Assembly: GCA_017561935.1 (NCBI GenBank)
Contig: JAFZBE010000043.1
Span: forward strand, 1,982 to 65,981
Length of the DNA: 64,000 nucleotides
Direction of reading: 5' to 3'
Origin: Bacteroidales bacterium
Lineage (GTDB): Bacteria > Bacteroidota > Bacteroidia > Bacteroidales > UBA3663
The position numbers and the translations under genes are program-made. Of this stretch, positions 1-7,786 are shown one piece after another; within the stretch, counting starts at the first letter, position 1, and every line of letters starts with the position of its first letter. The notes under the pieces are model-generated. The model was not told where the DNA came from. It made no database searches and worked only from the letters and a program-made list of their open reading frames with translations.

Positions 1-257
1 TGATTCTTCATGGTCTGCATCTCGGCTTCTTTCCTGACCATTGCCTGCTCTTTCCTGCTGAGCTCCATCTGATAGGCAGTGGCGGCCTTGGCCTCGGCAG
101 CAGCCTGTTCGGCCTGATGCTGTGCATGTAGCTCGGCGATGCGACGACTTACCTCAGCATCAAACTCTGCATTCTTCACCTGGTTTACGATTGATGCATA
201 GTCTGCTTCATCGACGGTGAATACACTTCCGCAATTTGGACATTTCAGTTCTTTCAT
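1..257 (-). CDS. DUF2130-like protein, N-terminal part (gene runs off the left edge)
   Basis: Reverse-strand ATG at 255-257. My translation is MKELKCPNCGSVFTVDEADYASIVNQVKNAEFDAEV... followed by an Ala/Gln/Glu-rich coiled-coil-like stretch. The CPxCG start plus QV..EF pattern is what I remember for DUF2130. It is absent from the ORF track because it is truncated. Confidence 0.6.
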   Translation of the reverse strand, partial: MKELKCPNCGSVFTVDEADYASIVNQVKNAEFDAEVSRRIAELHAQHQAEQAAAEAKAATAYQMELSRKEQAMVRKEAEMQTMKN

Positions 258-270
258 ATTGTCGTTAATT

Positions 271-310
271 TTTTTTAAAAAACAAGCCGGCCTTCACAGG
301 GGGGCTTGTT
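271..310 (-). terminator. hairpin plus U-tract downstream of the LRR gene
   Basis: Minus strand reads AACAAGCC..(loop)..GGCTTGTT followed by TTTTAAAAAAAA. It lies between the LRR stop (423) and the DUF2130 ATG (257). A TAtcTTTG-like box at 351-358 (-) lies upstream of it, so it could instead be a 5' UTR attenuator. Confidence 0.45.
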
Positions 311-422
311 ATAGAAAAGAATTTAATGTTTACTACGATGTATTCGGGTGCAAAGATAAGGTATTTCTTTGAAAATACCAAATCTTTTCTCCCATTTTTT
401 TGTTTTGGAATGTAAAAAAGCT

Positions 423-1277
423 TCATTCTTCTTCCTTCACGTCCCTAAACATACTATATATGGGATGATTGGCATAGTCGATACGGGAACCTGCAGGCAC
501 ATACAACGTGATCTTTGACAAATCAATTCCCAAGAATGTATTGGGGAAATCGACAGGCTTTGTATGCCGGAGATGTATCTCGGTGAGGATTGAACAATCT
601 TCGAATACCCAAATACCGAGTTTTGACACACGGGCGGGAATCGTTACCGTGGTGAGGCTTGTACAATTACTGAACGCATTTTCTCCAATCTCGGTTACGC
701 TGTCGGGTATTTCTATCGAAGTGAGACTGGTGCAGTAGTCGAAGGCCTCTGTCTCAATCACTGTAACACTGTCGGGGATTTCGATCGATGCGAGGCTGGT
801 GCATCCCATGAAGGCACTGCATCCGATCTTGGTCACGCCGTGGGGGATCTTTACCGAGGTGAGGCTTTCGCAACCACTGAATAAATTGCTCTCAAGTTCG
901 GTCACTTTGCCGGGTATTTCGATTGTGGTGAGGCTAGTGCATTCGTGGAAGGCCCATAGACCTATTGTTCTTACATTGCTGGGGAGCATTATCGAGGTGA
1001 GGCTGGTGCATCCTCTGAAGGCATAGCCTCCTATCTCGGTGACACTTTCGGGAAGATTGATAGTGGTGAGATTGGGGCAATCGCTGAAGGCTGCAACCCG
1101 AATCTCTGTGACTCCGTTGGGGAGATTGATCGAGGTGAGGCCCTTGCAGTCTTTGAAGGCCCAATTCCCGATTGCTGTCACATGGTTGGGGATAGTCAGT
1201 TCGCCGGTGCAGCTCTTGTCGCAGTTGACTAAGGTCTTGCCGGAGTCGCTGTAGTGGAGAGGAGGGGTCTGATTCAT
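423..1277 (-). CDS. BspA-type leucine-rich repeat protein (LRR_5-like); no signal peptide or T9SS CTD seen
   Basis: About 10 tandem ~23-aa repeats of the form IP.SVT.IG..AF..C.SLTSI. Possible -7 box (rc of caaagata) at 1298-1305. Confidence 0.85.
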   Translation of the reverse strand: MNQTPPLHYSDSGKTLVNCDKSCTGELTIPNHVTAIGNWAFKDCKGLTSINLPNGVTEIRVAAFSDCPNLTTINLPESVTEIGGYAFRGCTSLTSIMLPSNVRTIGLWAFHECTSLTTIEIPGKVTELESNLFSGCESLTSVKIPHGVTKIGCSAFMGCTSLASIEIPDSVTVIETEAFDYCTSLTSIEIPDSVTEIGENAFSNCTSLTTVTIPARVSKLGIWVFEDCSILTEIHLRHTKPVDFPNTFLGIDLSKITLYVPAGSRIDYANHPIYSMFRDVKEEE

Positions 1278-1409
1278 AGTGGTTCGATTTTGTGGTGCAA
1301 AGATACGAATAATATTTCAATATCCAAGATTTTATTTCTTTTTTCTGACGAAAAGGGAGAAATAAAAGGCGAATAATGGATCCATGAAGATGAGCGCTGA
1401 TTCGTGTTT

Positions 1410-1619
1410 AAAGATCACGGATCTGCCAGATTGAACGGATTCGTTGGTTCGCCATCACGGAACCAGTGTTTATCGCTTCGCCAAACACTGGGCTGATAAC
1501 GCGGATGCGGGTCGCGTCAAACATCAGTGCAGATCCGCGCTGAGTGCGGCACAGTAATGCACTCAGCCATCCATTGCGGCCCAACTATATCCGTCAGATC
1601 TTGGTTATCCGTGATCTTT
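1410..1619. repeat. ~210-bp palindromic intergenic element, empty copy (same family as 8940-9571)
   Basis: Perfect 13-bp terminal inverted repeats: AAAGATCACGGAT (1410-1422) and ATCCGTGATCTTT (1607-1619). Internal hairpins: CCAGTGTTT/AAACACTGG (1463-1491) and CTGAGTGC..GCACTCAG (1540-1566). About 110 bp aligns with the left part of the element at 8940. Confidence 0.75.
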
Positions 1620-1851
1620 CTTCGGTTTCACTCATGTTATTATCTGCTTTTGTTTGCGATTATCGAAATGGTCGCTTCGTAGAAAAATCTAAAAAATAAT
1701 TCTGTACCAACTAATTATTTGAAAAATTCTGCATGACTGTTATTTATATAAACTCCACCTTGTGAAGAAGGGAAAAGGGCAAAGCTTAGAATAATATCGT
1801 ATATTCCATCATAAAAGTGGAAGATTATTTGGTGGGATGACAAGAAATGTG

Positions 1852-1859
1852 TATCTTTG
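1852..1859 (+). promoter_or_regulatory. Bacteroides-type -7 promoter box TAtcTTTG
   Basis: Exact TAnnTTTG match. It is the only such box I see between 1620 and the ATG at 2203. Confidence 0.5.
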
Positions 1860-1865
1860 CAGCGA

Positions 1866-2058
1866 CCATTTCGACAAGTCGAAAACAAAGACGAATTATA
1901 ACATGTAAAGGAGGTGAAAATGGATTTGAGACGTGGGCTTCAATAGCCCGTCTCACAATCCGGAAAATTGTCGCCTCAATGGCGACATAAAATTGCTATC
2001 GCATAAAATCCATCCGGATCCAAGTCTATTGAGCCCGCTGTCTCCTGCCATTTTCACA
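1866..2058 (+). promoter_or_regulatory. structured 5' leader with an SD-preceded 8-codon uORF upstream of the radical SAM operon
   Basis: Hairpin TTTCGAC-AA-GTCGAAA (1869-1884). AAAGGAGGTGAAAATG with uORF MDLRRGLQ* (1920-1946). Perfect 10-bp closing helix GTGAAAATGG (1914-1923) / CCATTTTCAC (2048-2057). Long imperfect hairpin 1922-1961. Hairpin TGTCGCC-TCAAT-GGCGACA (1969-1987). Alternative pairing of 1928-1939 with 2031-2044. Confidence 0.45.
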
Positions 2059-2202
2059 AGAATTAGAAATAAACACTTAAACCGTTTTTGGTATATAGAA
2101 GCGAGCAATTTAACCAATCGAAATACGTGGAAACGTTTACTTTTTGTAGTTTCCTTCATATATAGGTGAATGGACTACATTTTTACCACTGTATAAATAC
2201 GC

Positions 2203-3495
2203 ATGCTTTCACAAACTACAAAAACCATTTATCTGGCAAGGACATTGAGTCCGCTGCTGAATACGTCCTATCCCTTGCACAAGGAAGATTGGCTCGCCTA
2301 TCGTGTGGAAGGGACACTGCCGTATGATGACGTTGGGCCGATGTCGTTCTACCTGCATATCCCCTTCTGCCGTCATCTGTGCCGCTTCTGCGAATATACG
2401 CGCATGAGCCTGCCTGATGACATGCGTCAGCTGCGTTACCTCGATGTGCTTGCACAGGATATCGAACGATTCCTTGCTGCGCACCCCGACACGGTGCTTC
2501 AAGGCTTCGACATCGGAGGGGGCACGCCTACGGCTCTCTCTCTCGACAACTTCCAGCGCCTGATGACACTCTATGCCGACACCGTGCGCCGCGTGCAACT
2601 CACTTCCGATTTCGAACCCAGCATCGAAGGCACCTTCCTTACCCTCGACAACGAGAAGCTCGACGCTATCGCCCAGGCGGGCATCCGCCGCCTTTCGCTT
2701 GGTGTGCAGACCTCCTCCTCCACCGTATTGAATGCACAAGGACGCAACAATGTCGATGCCGACGTTATGCAACGCATCCTCGACCAAGCCCATGCAGCAG
2801 GCATCCGCAAGGTCAACCTCGACCTGATGTATGGCCTCGCTGGGCAGGACGATGCTTCAAGGCAACGCGACCTTGACGTGATTCACCACCTCATGCCCGA
2901 GCAGGTCACGCTCTACGAACTGCGCGTCAACATGCTGCCTGGGGTACAGTCGGCGAGCAAGGAGGAACTCTACAATGCCTATTGCTCCTGCTACGAAGCG
3001 CTCATCGGCATGGGCTACCACGCCCGCTTCGGACAGAACACCTTCTCGCGTTCCGACAGTGATTTCGGCGTCTCGTCATACCTGCGTAACCGTATGCTCA
3101 AGGGTACATCTTATCGCGGTTTCGGCATCTCGGCACAGAGCATGAGTGCCGCTGGCATCGCCTATAACCCCGGGAAGAACGAGCACAGGTTGTCGTCCTT
3201 CCTCGACCGCGCCACTTTCGACGAAGAGACACATTACGCCCTGCCACCCGAGGAACTGCTCTCGAAGTACATCGCCATCGCAGCCTACAGCGGCGGTTTC
3301 TCGCTCGACATTGCTTCGAACATCCTCGGGCACGATGCCGGCGAGCATTTCAGCGACGAGCTCGCCTTTTGCCTCGATGAAGGATTGCTCACCCTCGACA
3401 ACGACCGCGTGCAGATCACCCGCAAGGGGTTCCTCCACTACGGCGCCGTATTTTCATTATTCTATTTGAACCACAAAAACATTAAAACGAATTGA
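2203..3495 (+). CDS. class C (HemN-like) radical SAM enzyme, coproporphyrinogen-III-oxidase family
   Basis: CxxxCxxC in HIPFCRHLCRFCEY. FDIGGGTPT motif. 430 aa is a HemN/HemW/ChuW-like size. Stop at 3495 and the next ATG at 3497. Confidence 0.85.
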   Translation: MLSQTTKTIYLARTLSPLLNTSYPLHKEDWLAYRVEGTLPYDDVGPMSFYLHIPFCRHLCRFCEYTRMSLPDDMRQLRYLDVLAQDIERFLAAHPDTVLQGFDIGGGTPTALSLDNFQRLMTLYADTVRRVQLTSDFEPSIEGTFLTLDNEKLDAIAQAGIRRLSLGVQTSSSTVLNAQGRNNVDADVMQRILDQAHAAGIRKVNLDLMYGLAGQDDASRQRDLDVIHHLMPEQVTLYELRVNMLPGVQSASKEELYNAYCSCYEALIGMGYHARFGQNTFSRSDSDFGVSSYLRNRMLKGTSYRGFGISAQSMSAAGIAYNPGKNEHRLSSFLDRATFDEETHYALPPEELLSKYIAIAAYSGGFSLDIASNILGHDAGEHFSDELAFCLDEGLLTLDNDRVQITRKGFLHYGAVFSLFYLNHKNIKTN

Positions 3496-3496
3496 T

Positions 3497-4492
3497 ATGG
3501 AAGAACAGATACCCATGGCCGTCAAACTAAAGAACTACGGACAAGTGCGCACATTGGCCGATATCGCCAAGGCGCTCAATGAGCAGCACCACTACAAAAA
3601 ACTAAATGATTTCTACGAAGACCTCCAACAACAAATAAGCGACTATATGGAGCGTGGCACAATCACAGACGATGCCCTCGAAAGCTTCAAGCTGATGATG
3701 GACAAAAACGCCGGCAGTTGGTTCTCAGACGGGCACTTCGACACCGACCAGATGTTTGCACACCTCGAGAACGAAATCGACAACGATGCCACGACAGCTC
3801 TCGACCTCATCTACGAGCGTCGTGCCTATGCCAAACTCGGGCACTTTGTAATGCTGATGAATGAGATTGCACGTTTTACCGACCCGCAAACCCTGATGGA
3901 TGACATCCACATGGCGTTTGAACGTAAGACGGATGATTGTTCCGACCAATATTTTAGATGGAACGACGATTTTATTACCTATAACCTCCATTATAGCCTA
4001 AAAAAACACTGGCAACTCGTGATCGACAATGAGAAACACCTCGACAACGATAAGCTGGAGAAGTTCTTAATCGGCAAACATGAGATGCGTGTCAGGACCC
4101 TAGGACTCGATGAGGTTATCCGCCGTGACTATGAAAACGACTACTGCCAGACCAATTTAATGTACCCCAAGACAGGTGGTACAGGACCCATCTATTGGGA
4201 CCTCGAGGATGGTAACTATTTAAAGCTATGCAGTGCTACTCGCAGGCAAGTATTTCCCCCAGGGAAATATGAGTTACCAATCCTGACCCCCGTCCTTGAA
4301 CGTCTCTGCCAGGGTGATGATCCCGAATACATCCATTATTATAGTATATACCTTCCCATTCGCGATTTTTCACGGCCTATTTACAACGACAATGGCAAAG
4401 TCGTCTTCCGCGACGAAACAGACAAGAAACTCTATTTAATGCGGCTACTCAAGGAATACAAGGCACAAGAGAAGAATGATGAGCAATCATAG
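3497..4492 (+). CDS. hypothetical acidic 331-aa protein; no motif recognised
   Basis: Long ORF tightly packed between two radical SAM genes (2-nt gap upstream, 17-nt overlap downstream). Composition looks protein-like. No signal peptide or TM segment seen. Confidence 0.7.
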   Translation: MEEQIPMAVKLKNYGQVRTLADIAKALNEQHHYKKLNDFYEDLQQQISDYMERGTITDDALESFKLMMDKNAGSWFSDGHFDTDQMFAHLENEIDNDATTALDLIYERRAYAKLGHFVMLMNEIARFTDPQTLMDDIHMAFERKTDDCSDQYFRWNDDFITYNLHYSLKKHWQLVIDNEKHLDNDKLEKFLIGKHEMRVRTLGLDEVIRRDYENDYCQTNLMYPKTGGTGPIYWDLEDGNYLKLCSATRRQVFPPGKYELPILTPVLERLCQGDDPEYIHYYSIYLPIRDFSRPIYNDNGKVVFRDETDKKLYLMRLLKEYKAQEKNDEQS

Positions 4493-5363
4493 CCTGTTCG
4501 GACACCCTATCGAGCTGAAGACGCACGGCTGCAACAGGCCGGGCATCCCCGCGCAACCCATTCCCCCTGCGGTCAACCTCTTTGTCAAGGTGACCGCAGG
4601 GTGCAATGCACGTTGTCTCTTCTGCTCGAATGCAGGCACGCATGCTACGGGTGAGTTCGATACCGACAAGCTCTTCGAATGCATCGACGAGGTCTTGGCC
4701 CATGACATCATCGTCAACCGCATCAACATCACGGGTGGAGAGCCCTCTGTGGTCACTCCACGCGTCGCCAGCATCCTCGAACGGTTGTGCCATGCGCCTT
4801 ATCAGGATATCCACGTCCACCTCAACACCAACGGGCTCCTCCCCCAGTCGCAGGCCCTGATGCAGCATCCCCGATGGAACTCCATCTCGATGTCGCTCCA
4901 TCACTACGACCTCGGCAAACTCTCGGAGATCTACGACACCCGCATCCCACAGACGGCCTTCCAGTTTGAGGGCATCGACCTGCAGAAGGTGAATGCCAGC
5001 TGCAACCTCATCAGAGGCTACATCGACACGCCCGAAGAAGTGGGACGTATGCTCGACTTCGCTCTCTCACTCGGCCTCCCGCGTCTGGGCTTCGTCTCAC
5101 TCATGAAGGTCAACGACTATTGCCGTAGCCATTATGTTGATTTCTCGGAGATTTGCCTCGACACCATCCCCCATCTATACCCTACCCAGACGATGGACCG
5201 CGGGCTGGACTGCAAGTGTTCGAACTACCTCTACAACAAGGATCTCAAGATTCTGGAGGTCTATCTGCGGAACTATATGAATCCTCAGTTTTGTGCCTCT
5301 TCGCTTGTGTTTGATGGGCAGTTTCTGCGGCAGGGATTCCATTCGAAGAATGTTATTTATTGA
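4476..5363 (+). CDS. radical SAM protein with a MoaA/activase-like core
   Basis: VTAGCNARCLFCSN (CxxxCxxC), ITGGEPS and LNTNG motifs in MoaA-like order. Overlaps the upstream stop. Confidence 0.8.
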   Translation: MMSNHSLFGHPIELKTHGCNRPGIPAQPIPPAVNLFVKVTAGCNARCLFCSNAGTHATGEFDTDKLFECIDEVLAHDIIVNRINITGGEPSVVTPRVASILERLCHAPYQDIHVHLNTNGLLPQSQALMQHPRWNSISMSLHHYDLGKLSEIYDTRIPQTAFQFEGIDLQKVNASCNLIRGYIDTPEEVGRMLDFALSLGLPRLGFVSLMKVNDYCRSHYVDFSEICLDTIPHLYPTQTMDRGLDCKCSNYLYNKDLKILEVYLRNYMNPQFCASSLVFDGQFLRQGFHSKNVIY

Positions 5364-5376
5364 TGGGAGAAGAACA

Positions 5377-5406
5377 ACAGAGCCTCGGCATGTGCCGGGG
5401 CTCTGT
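5377..5406. terminator. bidirectional hairpin between convergent genes
   Basis: ACAGAGCCTCGGCA-TG-TGCCGGGGCTCTGT, a 14-bp stem with one mismatch. Lies between the rSAM stop (5363) and the GH3 stop (5435). Confidence 0.6.
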
Positions 5407-5434
5407 CATTGGGGAGGTGAATGTTGTATGAGCC

Positions 5435-7780
5435 TTACTTCAGGTCGTAGGCGAGGGACTGGAGAATGTTCTTCGAGGAGTTGCCGATGAGGAAGTTGAA
5501 GCGGCCGGGTTCGGCACGCCAATCGCGGGCGGCAACGTCGTAGAACTGGAAGGCGCGGTCGTTGAGAGTGAGGGTAACCACCTTGGTCTCACCTGGCTGG
5601 AGGAAAACCTTCTGGAAGGCCTTGAGCTCCTTGAGGGGACGAGCGACCGACGACTTGACATCCTGGACATAGAGCTGAACGACCTCGGCACCTGCACGGG
5701 AACCGGTGTTGGTGACGCTCACGTTGACCTTGACGGCACCTGGAGTGGCATCGACCACTGCGGCATCGTGCATGGTGAAGGTGGTGTAGCTGAGTCCGTA
5801 GCCGAAGGGGAAGAGGGGCTGGAACTTCTGACGATCGACGTAGCGATAGCCTACTTCGAGACCTTCGTCATAGTAGATGTCCCAGAGATGGACGGTGCTG
5901 TCCTGACGCTCGATGCCGGGATAACGGCGCGGATCGGCCACACGCTGACGGCCCTGCTTGAGAACGGGAGCATGGACGGCGCACTGGTCGAGCGAAGCAT
6001 ACCACGTCATGGGCAGATGGCCCGAGGGGTTGACATCGCCGAAGAGGACCTGTGCGAGCGAGGTGCCTGCCTCGGAACCGAGATACCAGTCCTGAAGGAC
6101 AGCGGGCACGTCGTTGATCCATGGCATGGCCACGGCATTGCCTGAGATGTTGACCACGACGAGACGCGGATTAGCCTTTACAAGAGCCTTGATGAGCTCG
6201 TCCTGTCCGTAAGGAAGGGCGTAGTCGGCACGGTCGGTGCCTTCGTTGTCCTGTCCACCGGACTTGTTGAGACCACCGATGAAGATGACCACATCGGCCT
6301 CGCCAGCCATGCGTACAGCCTCGTCGCAAAGCTCCTCGGCACTGCGTGAGTCGTTGAGGTCCTGACCGGTAGATACACCATTGTAGGAACCACCTGGGTC
6401 ACCCACATAGCCACGGGTATAGCTCACATTGACATGCGTGCCGGCCAGACGTGCCTTGATGCCATCGAGGGGCACGATCTCGTGCTGCGCCTTGAGGCTG
6501 CTGGAGCCACCGCCTACGGTCATCATCTTGATGGCGTTCTCGCCAACGACAAGAAGGCTGCGAACCTTAGACAGGGTCAGGGGAAGTAAGGGTTCTGAAA
6601 GGTTTGAAGGGTTTGAGAGGTTTGAGGGGTTTGAGAGGTTTGAGGGGTTTGAAGGGTTTGAGAGGTCGTTCTTGAGGAGGACTATGCCTTCGGCACCTAC
6701 CTGCTGGGCCAGCTGGATATGGGCTTCGCTGTTGATGGAGCCGAAGCCGCGATTGCGGTTCATGGTGGTACGGAAGATGAGACGCAAGACGCGACGCACC
6801 TTGTCGTTAAGCTCCTTCTCCCCTACCTTACCATCGAGGATGAGCTGGCGGTAGGGATTGGCCATGAGGTAGTTGTCGTAGGCGTTGGTGGCACCCATCG
6901 AGAGGCCATCGGTCCATGTGCCGAACTCAAGGTCAAGCCCGTTGTAGATAGCCTCCTGTGTGCTCTGTGTGCCTCCCCAGTCGCTGATGATGGCGCCGTC
7001 GAAGCCCCATTCACCTTTGAGGATCTCGTTCATGAGATACTGGTTGTGGCAGGCGTGCTGGCCGCGGAAGAGGTTGTAGCCTCCCATGAGCGTCCAGGCA
7101 CCACCCTCGCGGATAGCGGCCTCGAAGGCGGGCAGATAGATCTCGCGCAAGGTACGTTCGTCACAGATGGCGTTGGAGGTGTAGCGCTCGTGCTCGTTGT
7201 TGTTGAGCGCATAGTGCTTCACGCAGACGGCCACGCCCTGCTGCTGCACTCCCTTGACGTAGCCTACGCCCATGCGACCCGAGAGGTAGGGGTCTTCGCC
7301 CATGTACTCGAAGCTACGACCATTGAGGGGCGTGCGACAGATGTTGACACCTGGGCCGAGGAGGACGGACTTGTTGCGGTAGCGAGCCTCTTCGCCGATG
7401 GACTGACCATAGCGCAGGGCAAGGTCGGTGTTCCAGGTGGCGGCAAGACAGGTGAGGGCGGGGAAGGCTGTACACGAGTCGTTGGAGCAGCCAGCCTGCT
7501 CCCATTCGTCCCAAAGTACGTCGGGACGGATACCGTGGGGACCGTCGGTACACCAAAGTTCGGGAATGCCAAGACGGCCTACGCCTGGGCTGGAGAACTT
7601 GGATTGTGCATGGATGATGGCGATCTTCTCGTTGAGCGTCATGCGCGACAAGGCGTCATCGACACGTTCCTCGATGGTCTTGCTCTCGTCGAGATAGACG
7701 GGCAAGGTCTGGGCCTGAAGGGTACCTGTTGTGAGGAGCGATGCAAGAATTATCAGATTATGAGGTTTCATTTTTATCAC
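5435..7780 (-). CDS. glycoside hydrolase family 3 beta-glucosidase, secreted
   Basis: Signal peptide MIKMKPHNLIILASLLTTGTLQAQ. GH3 nucleophile motif ISDWGG. The LLKN...LPL domain-2 start is interrupted by an SN(P/L) repeat. Confidence 0.9.
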   Translation of the reverse strand: MIKMKPHNLIILASLLTTGTLQAQTLPVYLDESKTIEERVDDALSRMTLNEKIAIIHAQSKFSSPGVGRLGIPELWCTDGPHGIRPDVLWDEWEQAGCSNDSCTAFPALTCLAATWNTDLALRYGQSIGEEARYRNKSVLLGPGVNICRTPLNGRSFEYMGEDPYLSGRMGVGYVKGVQQQGVAVCVKHYALNNNEHERYTSNAICDERTLREIYLPAFEAAIREGGAWTLMGGYNLFRGQHACHNQYLMNEILKGEWGFDGAIISDWGGTQSTQEAIYNGLDLEFGTWTDGLSMGATNAYDNYLMANPYRQLILDGKVGEKELNDKVRRVLRLIFRTTMNRNRGFGSINSEAHIQLAQQVGAEGIVLLKNDLSNPSNPSNLSNPSNLSNPSNLSEPLLPLTLSKVRSLLVVGENAIKMMTVGGGSSSLKAQHEIVPLDGIKARLAGTHVNVSYTRGYVGDPGGSYNGVSTGQDLNDSRSAEELCDEAVRMAGEADVVIFIGGLNKSGGQDNEGTDRADYALPYGQDELIKALVKANPRLVVVNISGNAVAMPWINDVPAVLQDWYLGSEAGTSLAQVLFGDVNPSGHLPMTWYASLDQCAVHAPVLKQGRQRVADPRRYPGIERQDSTVHLWDIYYDEGLEVGYRYVDRQKFQPLFPFGYGLSYTTFTMHDAAVVDATPGAVKVNVSVTNTGSRAGAEVVQLYVQDVKSSVARPLKELKAFQKVFLQPGETKVVTLTLNDRAFQFYDVAARDWRAEPGRFNFLIGNSSKNILQSLAYDLK
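6591..6665. repeat. 9-bp in-frame tandem repeat (GGTTTGARR x about 8) inside the GH3 gene
   Basis: Seven full units from 6600 to 6662, plus a degenerate unit at 6591-6599. Encodes LSNPSNPSNLSNPSNLSNPSNLSEP. Confidence 0.9.
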
Positions 7781-7786
7781 GAAATA

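Noticed and set aside
1907-2058. Possible cobalamin riboswitch. GGTGAAAAT.. resembles the GGTGNNAATCC core, and GAGCCCGCTGTCTCCTGCC resembles the B12-box region AAGCCCGAAGACCTGCC.
   Set aside because: The AGGGAA element, the GC.G.CCC.C.ACTG pseudoknot partner and the exact B12 box are missing. The similarity is patchy and cannot be called by eye. It is left as an unclassified leader pending cmscan.
1933-2169. 78-aa ORF (GTG start), the opposite 68-aa ORF (1953-2159), and tiny ATG ORFs (1634-1696, 1979-1990, 2170-2196), considered as RiPP precursors for the radical SAM enzymes.
   Set aside because: The 78-aa ORF has no ATG start and overlaps the strongly paired RNA helices. The sequences lack Cys/Ser/Thr-rich cores or GG-type leader motifs, and the tiny ORFs are 3-20 codons. 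None is supportable as a gene from sequence alone.
4476-5363. Is the small radical SAM protein a prokaryotic viperin (pVip)?
   Set aside because: Its size is similar. However, it lacks the viperin-type CN(Y/F)xCxFC context and the conserved C-terminal nucleotide-binding motif. Motif order looks MoaA/activase-like, and no adjacent nucleotide kinase is present.
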